From contig JBJBDL010000003.1 in assembly GCA_047285305.1 (NCBI GenBank), positions 1,568,001-1,632,000 of the forward strand: a DNA stretch of 64,000 nt, in the 5' to 3' direction. The notes under the pieces are model-generated. The model was not told where the DNA came from. It made no database searches and saw only the letters and a list, made by a program, of their open reading frames with translations. This DNA is from Synechococcus sp. (GTDB lineage Bacteria > Cyanobacteriota > Cyanobacteriia > PCC-6307 > Cyanobiaceae). Shown here piece after piece: positions 29,619 through 39,943 of the stretch. The first letter of the stretch is position 1; every line of letters starts with the position of its first letter. The position numbers were made by a program, and so were the translations under genes.

Positions 29619-31523
29619 ATGGCGGTGCTGGAGGAACAGGGTCAGATTCAGATCCACACCGAAAACATTTTCCCGATCATCAAGAAGGCCGTTTATTCCG
29701 GCCACGAGGTGTTTCTGCGGGAGCTGGTGAGCAATGGCGTCGACGCCATCAGCAAGCGCCGCATGGCCGCCATGGCCGGCGATTGCAGCGAAGGGGATGA
29801 CGGAGCCATCCGGATCACGGTGGATAGTGAGGCCAAGACTGTCACCATCAGCGACAACGGCATTGGCATGACGGCCGATGAGGTGAAGCGCTACATCAAC
29901 CAGGTGGCCTTCTCCAGTGCCGAGGATTTCCTGGAGAAGTACAAGCAGGAAAACGACGCCATCATTGGCCACTTCGGCCTGGGCTTCTATTCCAGCTTCA
30001 TGGTGGCCGAGCGGGTGGAGCTGCTGACCCGTTCAGCCCGGCCCGAGGCTGAGGCTGTGCGCTGGAGCTGTGATGGTTCCCCGAACTTCAGCCTCACTGC
30101 CGCTGAGAAGGAGCAGCCCGGCACGGACGTGATCCTTCATCTGATGGATGACGAGCTCGAATATCTCGAACCAGCGCGGATCCGCACCCTGATCAACACC
30201 TACTGCGACTTCATGGCAGTACCGGTGCAGCTGGAAGGGGAAACCATCAACAAGATGGATGCACCCTGGCGCAAAAGCGCCCGAGATCTGAGTGATCAGG
30301 ACTACATCGACCTGTACCACTACCTGTATCCCTTCCAGGGCGATCCCCTGCTCTGGGTTCACCTCAACACCGACTATCCCTACAACCTTCAGGGCATTCT
30401 TTTCTTCCCCAAGCAAACCGGTCGTGCCGATTGGGAGAAGGGGGAAATCAAGCTGTACTGCAACCAGGTGTTCGTCAGCGATTCGATCAAGGAGGTCGTT
30501 CCGCGCTACCTGTTGCCCCTGCGGGGAGTGATCGATTCACCCGACATCCCCCTAAACGTGAGCCGTAGTGCCCTGCAGACCGACCGACGCGTTCGCTCCA
30601 TCGGCAACTTCGTCGCCAAGAAAGTGTCCGACCGGCTGCGAAACCTGAAAAAGGAAGATCCCAAGGGTTATGCCGAGGCCTGGGATGCCCTGGCACCCTT
30701 CGTGAAGATCGGCGCCATGGAGGACGAAAAGTTCGCGGAGCAGGTTTCTGAATTAATCCTGTTCGCCACCACCGCAGCAGCAGGGGAAGGGGACGACGCT
30801 GACCCGATCGCCTGTGATGGCCGTGCCTTCACCACCCTGGAGGGATACCGCAGCCGACTGGCCGCGAATGAGAACAAGCGCGTGCTCTACAGCACCGATG
30901 ACGTCGCCCAGGCCGGAGCGCTCAACCTCTGGACCTCACAGGGCGCGGAAGTTCTGAAGCTGGAGACGGTGATCGACACCCAGTTCATCCCCTGGCTGGA
31001 GCATCGCCATGAGGAACTCACCTTCCAGCGCGTCGACTCGGAACTGGACGAGAGCCTGAAGGACAACGATGCCGAACTCACCGATCAGGACGGCACCACG
31101 GAGTCAGACCGACTGCGTGATCTGATCAAAGGGGCCCTGGCCAACGACAAGGTCACCGTTCAGGTGCAGGCCCTGAAAGCTGAAGGAGCACCGCCGGCCA
31201 TGATTCTTCTGCCGGAGCAGATGCGCCGGCTGAACGACATGGGCGCCTTGATGGAACAACGCCTGCCAGGACTTCCCGAGCATCACGTGCTGCTGGTGAA
31301 CCGGCGTCACCCCCTTGTGGAAGGGATGCTGAAGTTGCGTGCCGGTGGCGTGCTGTTGGGAGCGGCGGAAACATCGCCGACCGCAAGCCTGTCCGAGGAT
31401 GTGGCCCGCCATCTGTATGACATGGCGCGCCTGGGCGTCGGGGGACTGGAACCCAATGAACTGGCCGGTTTCCAGACCCGCAGTGCTGAATTGATGGGTG
31501 CCTTGATGCAGAGAGGTCTATGA
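29619..31523 (+). CDS. htpG: Chaperone HtpG (Hsp90)
   Basis: FLRELVSN, DNGIGM, IGHFGLGFYS. Confidence 0.97.
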   Translation: MAVLEEQGQIQIHTENIFPIIKKAVYSGHEVFLRELVSNGVDAISKRRMAAMAGDCSEGDDGAIRITVDSEAKTVTISDNGIGMTADEVKRYINQVAFSSAEDFLEKYKQENDAIIGHFGLGFYSSFMVAERVELLTRSARPEAEAVRWSCDGSPNFSLTAAEKEQPGTDVILHLMDDELEYLEPARIRTLINTYCDFMAVPVQLEGETINKMDAPWRKSARDLSDQDYIDLYHYLYPFQGDPLLWVHLNTDYPYNLQGILFFPKQTGRADWEKGEIKLYCNQVFVSDSIKEVVPRYLLPLRGVIDSPDIPLNVSRSALQTDRRVRSIGNFVAKKVSDRLRNLKKEDPKGYAEAWDALAPFVKIGAMEDEKFAEQVSELILFATTAAAGEGDDADPIACDGRAFTTLEGYRSRLAANENKRVLYSTDDVAQAGALNLWTSQGAEVLKLETVIDTQFIPWLEHRHEELTFQRVDSELDESLKDNDAELTDQDGTTESDRLRDLIKGALANDKVTVQVQALKAEGAPPAMILLPEQMRRLNDMGALMEQRLPGLPEHHVLLVNRRHPLVEGMLKLRAGGVLLGAAETSPTASLSEDVARHLYDMARLGVGGLEPNELAGFQTRSAELMGALMQRGL

Positions 31524-31602
31524 GCTGAAGACCTTTTGCTAAATTGATTGTTTGGAACTGACTTTTCAGCTCCAAACAACCTCTCAGTAGAAGGACATCG
31601 TC

Positions 31603-31839
31603 ATGTCACGGGTGTGTCAGCTCACCGGTACTCGCGCCAACAACGGCATGGCCGTGAGCCATTCCCACATCCGCACCAAGAAGCTGCAGCAGGCCAACCT
31701 GCAGCAGCGTCGCCTCTGGTGGGCGGAAGGCAACCGCTGGGTGAAGCTTCGCGTCACCACCCGCGCCCTCAAAACCATCCAGAAGAAAGGCCTCGGCGCC
31801 TATGCAAAGTCTCTGGGCATTAACCTGGCCAAGATCTGA
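31603..31839 (+). CDS. rpmB: 50S ribosomal protein L28
   Basis: MSRVCQLTG...[17 protein letters not shown]. Confidence 0.97.
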   Translation: MSRVCQLTGTRANNGMAVSHSHIRTKKLQQANLQQRRLWWAEGNRWVKLRVTTRALKTIQKKGLGAYAKSLGINLAKI

Positions 31840-31851
31840 GATCTTGAACGG

Positions 31852-32412
31852 GTGAATCGGCGGGAATTACTAGTCAAGTCCGGCCTTTTCCTTGCAGCTC
31901 TGACGCTCACACCCTCGCGGGCTTCGGCCCTCGGGGGTGTTGTTTTGGAAACGGGCACAACCGTGCCCGATTTTGATCTACCCGGATCCAGCCAATCCGA
32001 ACCCGATCGGAAGCAATGGAGCAGCCGTGATCTGCGCGGCCGCTGGCTCGCGGTTTACTTCTACCCAAGAGATTTCACAGGCGGATGCACGATCGAAGCC
32101 CGGGGCTTCGAAAGCCTTCACAACGACTTCCTTCAGGCCGGAGCAGAAGTGATCGGCATCAGCGCCGACAGCGTTGACGACCATGAATCCTTCTGTGAGA
32201 GCGAAGGATTGAGCTTCCCCCTGCTGTCCGATCCCGACGGAACAGTGAGCAAGGCCTACGGGTCCTGGATGGCGCCTTACTCGCTACGCCACACCTTCCT
32301 GATCGATCCAGACGGGGTCCTGCGTGAACGCTGGGTAGCGGTTCGACCCAACGGTCACGCCCGGGAGGTGCTGGATTCATTGGTATCTTTTCAGACCAAA
32401 GCCTCCGTTTGA
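31852..32412 (+). CDS. Peroxiredoxin Q/BCP with Tat-like signal
   Basis: NRRELL signal; YFYPRDFTGGCTIEA. Confidence 0.9.
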   Translation: MNRRELLVKSGLFLAALTLTPSRASALGGVVLETGTTVPDFDLPGSSQSEPDRKQWSSRDLRGRWLAVYFYPRDFTGGCTIEARGFESLHNDFLQAGAEVIGISADSVDDHESFCESEGLSFPLLSDPDGTVSKAYGSWMAPYSLRHTFLIDPDGVLRERWVAVRPNGHAREVLDSLVSFQTKASV

Positions 32413-32464
32413 CAAAAAAGGGCTTTTGCTGAATGGTGGACCGAACTAAGCGTTGTTCGAATAA

Positions 32465-33955
32465 ATGGGTGCGGGTCAGAGTTCATTTGTAATCCTCTAT
32501 CACCGCACACCGTTCGACGAATCAAAAGACAAGGATGGGAAAAGAATATGGGTCGATCAGAAAAGCCCTAACGGAATTATTCCAACCCTCCGCAACCTCT
32601 TCCGTAGCTGCGAAAAAGGCACATGGATTGCCTGGAGGCGGGTCGATAATCAGTCGAATGAAGGTACAGAACGTTTTGAGATGGACAATCCTTCGCCCTT
32701 CACTCTGTGCCGAATCCCGCTGGAAGATGAACAGATCTCCAGTTTTTATCACATCACATCCAAAGAATGCTTCTGGCCAATTCTTCATACATTTCCAACC
32801 TATTTCAATGTAAACAACGCGAACTGGAAGATCTTTGAAGAAGTCAACAGACGCTTCGCCATGGCGGCATGCGCCGAAGCAGCCGAAGGTGCAACCGTGT
32901 GGGTGCATGACTACAACCTTTGGTTGGCTCCCGGATACATCCGGGCCGAACGTCCAGACCTAAAGATTGCCTTTTTCCATCACACTCCTTTCCCGGGTAA
33001 TGATGTTTTCGCCATCCTTCCCTGGCGTGAGCAAATTCTGGAGAGTTTGCTCTGTTGTGATGTCGTCGGTTTCCACATTCCCCGCTACACGGAAAACTTT
33101 GCCCGTGCCGCCACAACCCTGGTGGGTGCCAAACGCGGGCCCAAAGTCCCTGTGGACAAGAAATTCATAGAGGTCGGAACCGCCCTTTCGGAAGGCACGG
33201 TCACCAGTCACCTCGAGCACAACGGTCGCACCATTCAGCTGCTCAGCTCTCCGGTAGGCACCTCGCCGGATCTGATTCAGGAATTGTGCTGGAGCCCGTC
33301 GGTTGAAAACCATGGCGAATTGATCGTTCAAGACACCAAAAAAGGCCGAAAACTGATCCTCTCCGCAAGTCGGGTGGATTACACCAAGGGCAACGAAGAG
33401 TTGCTGCTGGCTTTTGAACGGCTGTTGGAACGTCGCAAGGATCTGCACGGCCAGGTTGTGCTGATGCTGGCCTGTGTGGCCGCTGCCAGTGGGATGAAGA
33501 TCTACGAAGACACCCAACGCTCAATCGAGGAAATGGCCGGGCGGATCAACGGCCGCTTTAGCCAGATCGATTGGGTCCCCATCCGCTTTTCCACCCGCCG
33601 GATCCCCTACGACGAAATGATCGCGTGGTTCTGCCATGCCGATGTCTGCTGGATCACTCCGCTGAGAGATGGCCTGAATCTGGTGGCCAAGGAATACGCC
33701 GCTGCTCGACGCAACCGTGGCGGCGTTCTTGTGCTCTCGGAATTCACCGGAGCCTCGGTTGTGCTGGATGGCGCTGTGCTCACCAATCCCTATTCCAATC
33801 GCCGCATGGATGAGGCCATCGAATCGGCACTGGAAATGGATGAAGACGAGCAGCGCGACCGCATGAGCCGCATGACCGATGCTGTGGAGAGCTACACGGT
33901 TAGTGACTGGGCCGAGGAACAGATGTCTGGCCTGTCGCCCTCCACCCCGCAATGA
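32465..33955 (+). CDS. ggpS: Glucosylglycerol-phosphate synthase (GT20)
   Basis: SPNGIIPTL, WVHDYNLW, RVDYTKG, DGLNLVAKEY. Confidence 0.93.
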   Translation: MGAGQSSFVILYHRTPFDESKDKDGKRIWVDQKSPNGIIPTLRNLFRSCEKGTWIAWRRVDNQSNEGTERFEMDNPSPFTLCRIPLEDEQISSFYHITSKECFWPILHTFPTYFNVNNANWKIFEEVNRRFAMAACAEAAEGATVWVHDYNLWLAPGYIRAERPDLKIAFFHHTPFPGNDVFAILPWREQILESLLCCDVVGFHIPRYTENFARAATTLVGAKRGPKVPVDKKFIEVGTALSEGTVTSHLEHNGRTIQLLSSPVGTSPDLIQELCWSPSVENHGELIVQDTKKGRKLILSASRVDYTKGNEELLLAFERLLERRKDLHGQVVLMLACVAAASGMKIYEDTQRSIEEMAGRINGRFSQIDWVPIRFSTRRIPYDEMIAWFCHADVCWITPLRDGLNLVAKEYAAARRNRGGVLVLSEFTGASVVLDGAVLTNPYSNRRMDEAIESALEMDEDEQRDRMSRMTDAVESYTVSDWAEEQMSGLSPSTPQ

Positions 33956-35217
33956 AACTGCGCCGCTGGCTCGCAGGCCGCGCCTTGGTGCTGGTGATGG
34001 CCCTGGGTGTTCTGGTTGGATCAGCCTCCTTGGGCGCTGAGGAAGTCAGCATCCTCATGCCCTCGTCCTTCACTGATGCGAGTGTCGATCTGGTGAAAGC
34101 CTTCAACCGCGAGCATCGCGGCCGGATTCATCTCAGCTTGATCCGAGGTCCGTTGAACACGGAATCGATCTCAGACCTGGCGATCAGCAGTCTTCTTCTC
34201 GGCGATGCGCCCTTCGACGCACTGTTGATGGATGTCACCTGGCTGCCGAAATATGCCGCCGCCGGCTGGCTGGAACCCCTGGATTCCTGGTTTGATCAGG
34301 GCGACCAGGAGCAGCTGGTGCAAGGGGCACGGCTGGGCAATGACTACGACGGCCATCTCTACCGCTGGCCCCTTGTAGCCGATGTGGGACTGCTCTACTG
34401 GCGCACGGATCTGATGGATCAGCCACCAGCAACGCCCGATGCGCTGGTGGAGGTTGCTGGACGCCTCGTCAAAAGCGAAGCCGTTGCCAACGGTTTTGTT
34501 TGGCAGGGGCGACAGTACGAAGGCCTGAGCTGCGACTTCCTTGAAGTGCTGCAGGGCTTCGGCGGTGACTGGATGGACACCACCACCAACACCATGGAAC
34601 TCGATACGCCTGCGGCGACGGCCGCGGCAGCCTGGTTGGACGATCTAATCAGCGAAGGCGTCAGCCCCTACGCCGTGACCAATTACGCCGAGGCGGAGTC
34701 GCTTCAGGCCTTCAAGGCCGGTGATGCCGCTCTGATGCGCAACTGGCCCTACGCCTGGGCTGAACTGCAGAAGGACGAAAGCGCGGTGAAAGGCAACGTC
34801 GGCATCAGCTTGATGGTGGCGCAACCGGGTGAACGTCCCGGAGCCACCCTCGGCAGCTGGGGGCTGAGCCTGATGGGCCAATCGCAGCACAAGGAAGCAG
34901 CGGTGGAAGCGATTCGCTACCTCACCAACGAAGACGCCCAGCGGCAGCGCTTTCTCAACAACGGCTACACCCCCATCCAGGCGGATCTTTTCAACGACCC
35001 GGAGATGCTGAAGGCGTCTCCCGTGCTGCCGGATCTGCTGGTGGCCTTGAACCATGCGGTGGTTCGTCCGCCTACACCGCTGTATGCCCAGCTGAGCGAT
35101 GTGGTCCAGCGGGAACTCAACGGCTTGTTTACCGCTGCCGGGTCCGCTGATGAGGCCATGGCCACCAGTCAGCAGCGGAGCCAGACTCTGCTGCGTGCTG
35201 CGGGAGCCACGCCATGA
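33952..35217 (+). CDS. Sugar/glucosylglycerol ABC transporter substrate-binding protein
   Basis: DVTWLPKYAAAGWL, QYEGLSC, MRNWPYAW; operon with ggpS. Confidence 0.88.
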   Translation: MKLRRWLAGRALVLVMALGVLVGSASLGAEEVSILMPSSFTDASVDLVKAFNREHRGRIHLSLIRGPLNTESISDLAISSLLLGDAPFDALLMDVTWLPKYAAAGWLEPLDSWFDQGDQEQLVQGARLGNDYDGHLYRWPLVADVGLLYWRTDLMDQPPATPDALVEVAGRLVKSEAVANGFVWQGRQYEGLSCDFLEVLQGFGGDWMDTTTNTMELDTPAATAAAAWLDDLISEGVSPYAVTNYAEAESLQAFKAGDAALMRNWPYAWAELQKDESAVKGNVGISLMVAQPGERPGATLGSWGLSLMGQSQHKEAAVEAIRYLTNEDAQRQRFLNNGYTPIQADLFNDPEMLKASPVLPDLLVALNHAVVRPPTPLYAQLSDVVQRELNGLFTAAGSADEAMATSQQRSQTLLRAAGATP

Positions 35218-36080
35218 CGATGCTCCTGGCAGCTCCTGCGCTGCTCTTGATCACGGTGGTGTTCGGCTGGCCGATGCTTCGCTACGCCTGGCTGAGCTTT
35301 CACGCTGATTCCGTTCTCACCGGCCTTGAACCGGTGGCCAACGGCGGAGCCAACTGGTGGCGACTGGCGGCTGATCAGCGCTTCTGGCTGGATGCCGGAC
35401 AAACCGCGCGATTCGCCCTGATCTCCGTGGGTTTGGAGTTGCTATTGGCCCTGACCATTGCGCTGCTGCTGCATCAACGCTGGCGCGGCAGGGGAGCCGT
35501 TCGCGCCCTGACCCTGCTGCCCTGGGCCCTGCCTACAACGATGATGGCCCTGGGCTGGCGCTGGATCTTCAACACCCCCTACGGCCCGATCGAGGTTCTG
35601 GCACGAAGCCTTGGCCTCAACTCCCTGGATCTGCTGTCCACCCCATCGATTACTTGGCTTGTCACCGTGTTTGCAGATGTCTGGAAAACAACCCCCTTCA
35701 TCACTTTGATTCTTCTGGCAGGACTCCAGAGCATTCCGGACGACCTCTACAGCGCCTTTCGCCTGGAAGGGGGAACGCCCCTTCAGGCGCTTCGCAGAGT
35801 CACCCTGCCACTGCTGCTCCCATACATCCTGCTGAGCCTTCTGTTCCGCCTGGCCCAGGCCTTCGGGGTGTTTGATCTGGTGCAGGTGCTCACCGGTGGT
35901 GGTCCAGCCGGAAGCACCGAAAGCATCGCCCTCTATGCCTACCTCAACGGCATGCGCTTCCTCGATTTCGGCTACAGCGCCACGGTGATGCTCGCGGGAT
36001 TCCTGCTGCTCACCGCGCTGATCCTTGCGGGCACGTTGCTGCTGAAGAGCTTCGGTCTGTTGAGGCCCCTCGACCGATGA
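35214..36080 (+). CDS. Sugar ABC transporter permease
   Basis: DVWKTTPF, GLQSIP EAA region. Confidence 0.9.
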   Translation: MTMLLAAPALLLITVVFGWPMLRYAWLSFHADSVLTGLEPVANGGANWWRLAADQRFWLDAGQTARFALISVGLELLLALTIALLLHQRWRGRGAVRALTLLPWALPTTMMALGWRWIFNTPYGPIEVLARSLGLNSLDLLSTPSITWLVTVFADVWKTTPFITLILLAGLQSIPDDLYSAFRLEGGTPLQALRRVTLPLLLPYILLSLLFRLAQAFGVFDLVQVLTGGGPAGSTESIALYAYLNGMRFLDFGYSATVMLAGFLLLTALILAGTLLLKSFGLLRPLDR

Positions 36081-36922
36081 GCCATGAATCGATGACGCAT
36101 GGACCGATGACACGGCGTTCGCTTTGGATTGGCCTGCTGCTGGCCTGGTCCCTCGGTCCGATGCTGTGGCAGCTGCTGAGTTCCTTCACCACCGCAAATG
36201 CTCTGGTCAATGACCAACTGAGCTTCTGGAGCCGTTGGACGCTCAACAACTACCGGGATCTGCTCAGCACCGATCCGCCCTTCTGGCGTTACCTGTTCAA
36301 CAGCAGCTTGGTGGCTTCCCTCAGCACACTGCTCACGTTGATGCTGGCCATCCCCGCCGCCTACGGACTGGCGAAACTGCCTCAGCGGTTGAAAGGAATC
36401 CTCCGCACTGCCGTGGTGGGCGCCGCTCTGTTCCCTTATGTGCTGCTGTTTCTGGCGCTGCTCGAACTAGCCCGCACTTTTGCCCTGGGGAACAATCTGA
36501 TCGCCATCGCCATTCCCTACAGCGCTCTGTCGATGCCTCTGGCCCTGCTGCTGCTCACGGCGGCGTTTGAAGCCCTGCCCAACGATCTCGAAGACGCAGC
36601 AAAGCTGGAGGGGCTGTCGTTGTGGCATCGGCTGCGCTGGGTGCTGCTCCCCTTGATTGCCCCGGCCTCCGCCAGCACGGCAATCCTGGTGTTTCTGTTC
36701 GCTTGGAACGAATATCCCGTGGCGCTCACCTGGCTGAGCCGCAGCGATCTGCTCACACTGCCAGTAGCGATGGCCCGAATTGCGGGATCATCCACCTATT
36801 CCGTCCCCTACGGCACCTACGCGGCAGCCACCGTGCTCGGTGCCATTCCTCTTCTGGTGCTGGTGTTGGTGTTTCAGCGCCAGATCGTCAGTGGGCTCAC
36901 CAACGGAGCCATCAAGGGATGA
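36077..36922 (+). CDS. Sugar ABC transporter permease
   Basis: LEDAAKLEG, FAWNEY, GLTNGAIKG. Confidence 0.9.
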   Translation: MSHESMTHGPMTRRSLWIGLLLAWSLGPMLWQLLSSFTTANALVNDQLSFWSRWTLNNYRDLLSTDPPFWRYLFNSSLVASLSTLLTLMLAIPAAYGLAKLPQRLKGILRTAVVGAALFPYVLLFLALLELARTFALGNNLIAIAIPYSALSMPLALLLLTAAFEALPNDLEDAAKLEGLSLWHRLRWVLLPLIAPASASTAILVFLFAWNEYPVALTWLSRSDLLTLPVAMARIAGSSTYSVPYGTYAAATVLGAIPLLVLVLVFQRQIVSGLTNGAIKG

Positions 36923-37896
36923 CACTGCAACTTCGGGCCATCAACAAGCGCTTCGGCGAGCAACAGGTTCTCCACCAGCTCGACCTCGATGTGGCCAACG
37001 GCGAATGCGTCGCTCTGCTTGGGGCCAGCGGCTGTGGCAAAAGCACGGCCTTGCGTCTGATCGCCGGGCTCGATCACCCCGATCAAGGTTCGATTCGCAT
37101 AAATGGTGCGGAGATGGTCGACGTTCCCGCTGAACGACGCCGGGTGGGGATGGTGTTTCAAAGCTATGCCCTGTTTCCGCATCTAAATGTGTGGGACAAC
37201 CTCGAACTGGGGCTGCGCATGCGGGGCGGCAGCGCCGCCGCCCGCGATGAACGGATCCGCGGCGTCCTGGAGGTGTTGCAGCTCAGCGGGCAAGCCCGGC
37301 AACGGCCCTCACAACTTTCTGGCGGCCAGCGCCAGCGTGTCGCCCTGGCCCGAGCCCTGTTGCGGGATCCCCTCGTGTACCTGCTCGATGAGCCGATGAG
37401 CAATCTGGATGCCCAGTTGCGTGAGGACCTGCGGCCTCAACTGCGCCGCCTGATGATCGGCGGTGAACAGCCTGTGGTCTACGTCACCCATGACCAGCAG
37501 GAGGCGATGGCGCTGGCTGATCGCATCGCCGTGATGCGCGAGGGAAGGATTGAGCAGATCGGAACACCCCGCGAGCTGTACCTGCAACCGGCCAGCACCT
37601 ACGTCGCCCAGTTCATCGGCCGCCCGCAGATGAATCTGCTGCCAGCCAAAGATGGAGTGATCACTGGCATCCGACCCGACGATCTGCGGCTCGATCCCAC
37701 AGGCTCACCCTGCACGATCCTCAGCCGTGAATGGTTCGGAGCCAACCAGATGCTGCTGGTGCGCTGCGATCGCGGCGACCTTCGGCTGGTCTGCTCCGGA
37801 GAGAAAGCGATCGAGACTGAACCACGCATCACTTGGCCCAGCGCTTGTGAGCATCGCTTCGATGCCATCAGCGGCTGTCGGCTGCCATCCGATTGA
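36919..37896 (+). CDS. Sugar ABC transporter ATPase
   Basis: GASGCGKST, LSGGQRQRVAL, DEPMSNLD; ATG 36919. Confidence 0.92.
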   Translation: MTLQLRAINKRFGEQQVLHQLDLDVANGECVALLGASGCGKSTALRLIAGLDHPDQGSIRINGAEMVDVPAERRRVGMVFQSYALFPHLNVWDNLELGLRMRGGSAAARDERIRGVLEVLQLSGQARQRPSQLSGGQRQRVALARALLRDPLVYLLDEPMSNLDAQLREDLRPQLRRLMIGGEQPVVYVTHDQQEAMALADRIAVMREGRIEQIGTPRELYLQPASTYVAQFIGRPQMNLLPAKDGVITGIRPDDLRLDPTGSPCTILSREWFGANQMLLVRCDRGDLRLVCSGEKAIETEPRITWPSACEHRFDAISGCRLPSD

Positions 37897-38962
37897 GAAG
37901 CTCGCTGTGCACTGACGCCTGGCGTCGCAGGGCTTCGGTCTGATCAGGATCGGCTGGACGGTCCACTTCGGCCCCCCAAAGCTTCAACAGGTCATCCACA
38001 GAGGGAAGTGACTTCAAGGGGATGCAGGGCACAGTGGCCATGGCCGCTGCAGCCTCCACCTTCGGGTCGTAGCTGAGGGCAGCCATGGGGCTGTTGGCCA
38101 GTCGGGCCAGGATCAGGGCATGCAAGCGCATCGGCAGCACCAAGCGCGACCGCTGGACCAGATCAGACACAGCCTCCAGGGACTGGGGCACCAGGGTTGA
38201 GCTGCGCGCTTTCAATCGCGCCGGCAGCAGACCTTGATCACCCAGATGCTGCAAGAGGGGGGCGTCCTGATGGTGATGGAAAGCCAGCCAGATCACCGGC
38301 GCATCCAAGTCGGCACTGAGCCGATCCAAAGCCTCCGTCAAGCAACGCCAGCCCGCATGATCCAGCAAAGGTGTCGGACGCCAGCTGAGCACGATTGCTT
38401 CGCCACCAAGCCAAGGGCGCGCCGGCATCTGCCAGACAGGATCGGCAGCCAGCACCATCGGCAGCTTGGGAGCCCAACGCTGGGCCCGATCAAAGGAGCG
38501 CTGATCCCTCCAACTCGCTGAATTGCAGAGGGGCAAAACCGTACGAACCAACAGGCGACTGATCCGACGCTGCAAGGGTCCAAGGCCCTGCCCCCAGAGA
38601 ACCACCTCGGCACCACCTAAACGAGCAACCGTCATCACCAGTAGGTAATAGATGAGGCTGCTGAAGCTGGTGCTGTCCTGCAGCAGGCTCCCCCCACCAA
38701 GCACCAGAACATCAGCTCTCAGGGCCGCACGAAGACAGAGCATCAAGGAACGTCGGTTCACCGTCTGCGCCGCCGGAGCCAAAGCCAGAACGGGGGCTGG
38801 ATCGCGGGCTGTGATCAACAGCTGCTGCGGCTGGGGAAGTGACGACACCAGCACCTGAAGCAGGGCATCGTCGCCGAGGTTGTGCTCCCCGTAGTAGCCG
38901 CAAAGCAGCAGTACAGGCGCAGTGGGGAGGACCACGGACAGCAGCCTGTTCACTTCGGGCAT
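37868..38962 (-). CDS. csaB: Polysaccharide pyruvyl transferase
   Basis: GYYGEHNLGDDA, GGGSLLQD, MRLHALI, YDPKV. Confidence 0.88.
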   Translation of the reverse strand: MPEVNRLLSVVLPTAPVLLLCGYYGEHNLGDDALLQVLVSSLPQPQQLLITARDPAPVLALAPAAQTVNRRSLMLCLRAALRADVLVLGGGSLLQDSTSFSSLIYYLLVMTVARLGGAEVVLWGQGLGPLQRRISRLLVRTVLPLCNSASWRDQRSFDRAQRWAPKLPMVLAADPVWQMPARPWLGGEAIVLSWRPTPLLDHAGWRCLTEALDRLSADLDAPVIWLAFHHHQDAPLLQHLGDQGLLPARLKARSSTLVPQSLEAVSDLVQRSRLVLPMRLHALILARLANSPMAALSYDPKVEAAAAMATVPCIPLKSLPSVDDLLKLWGAEVDRPADPDQTEALRRQASVHSELLNRMAADSR

Positions 38963-38989
38963 TATCAACAGATTCTTAGGATTCAGGGC

Positions 38990-39283
38990 ATGCACGCGTT
39001 GTCGCTCGGAACCTGGTGGATCCACGTCGCCTCCGTGGTGGAGTGGTGCGTGGCGATCGTGTTGATATATCGGCGAGGGCTGCAAGGCATGGCCTGGGCC
39101 ATGCTTCCGGCCCTCGTCAGTGCAATGGCCGCCTGCACCTGGCATCTGTTTGACAACAGCGAAGCGCTGCGGGGGCTGGTCACCCTGCAGGCCCTGTTCA
39201 CCGTGATCGGCAACAGCACCTTGGCCTTGGCGGCCTGGCAGCTCCAACGACGCCGGGAGGTGGACGGAGCCGGTGCTTCATGA
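38990..39283 (+). CDS. DUF2499 / Ycf49 membrane protein
   Basis: MHALSLGTWWIHVASVVEW, ACTWHLFDN. Confidence 0.88.
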   Translation: MHALSLGTWWIHVASVVEWCVAIVLIYRRGLQGMAWAMLPALVSAMAACTWHLFDNSEALRGLVTLQALFTVIGNSTLALAAWQLQRRREVDGAGAS

Positions 39284-39567
39284 GCTTTGACCCAGCACCG
39301 CTGTTCGCGGCCTCGCTAATCCCCTACCTGCTGTTTCTCTACTGGCTCCGCAAAAGTGAAGCGCTTCCGCTGATGGCGGAACGGGGCTTTCAGCTCACCC
39401 TGCTGTTTGTGGCCGTCACGATTGGAGCCGCCATTGCCGCCCTGCACTGCTGCTCAGCGGAACTGGTGGAGATTGACTGGTTACACGGTGGAGCAGAAGC
39501 CTTTCTCACCCTCAGCAACACGGTTTTGGTGATCGGACTGTTGTTACCAACCCCCAAAAAAGGGTGA
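39280..39567 (+). CDS. DUF3593 membrane protein
   Basis: FAASLIPYL.FL, DWLHGGAEAFLTLSN. Confidence 0.88.
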   Translation: MSFDPAPLFAASLIPYLLFLYWLRKSEALPLMAERGFQLTLLFVAVTIGAAIAALHCCSAELVEIDWLHGGAEAFLTLSNTVLVIGLLLPTPKKG

Positions 39568-39635
39568 ACAACTCTTAAGAGAGGCAGTCAAGGAGTCGCC
39601 ATCGCCGGAAGATGAGGTGTCGCTCATTGGCTCGA

Positions 39636-39893
39636 ATGCTGACCCACCTTTTCGCGATCGCTCCCGCCACCGTGTCCTGGTCTCCCAAGGTCGCCCTTGT
39701 GATGATCCTCTGCAATGTGGTTGCCATCATGGTCGGCAAGGCCACGATCAAGCACCCCAATATTGGCGCTGCACTCCCCAACGCTTCCTTCTTCGGCGGC
39801 ATGGGTCACGCAGCCCTGCTTGGCACCACCAGCCTGGGCCACATCATCGGCATCGGTGCCATTCAGGGCCTGGCCGCCCGCGGCGTGCTCTGA
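39636..39893 (+). CDS. psaK: Photosystem I subunit PsaK
   Basis: WSPKVALVMILCNV, SLGHIIGIGAIQGL. Confidence 0.93.
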   Translation: MLTHLFAIAPATVSWSPKVALVMILCNVVAIMVGKATIKHPNIGAALPNASFFGGMGHAALLGTTSLGHIIGIGAIQGLAARGVL

Positions 39894-39943
39894 AGCACAT
39901 GTCTTGAGGGAGGAGCCAGTCTCCTCCCTGAAACAATCCTGGC

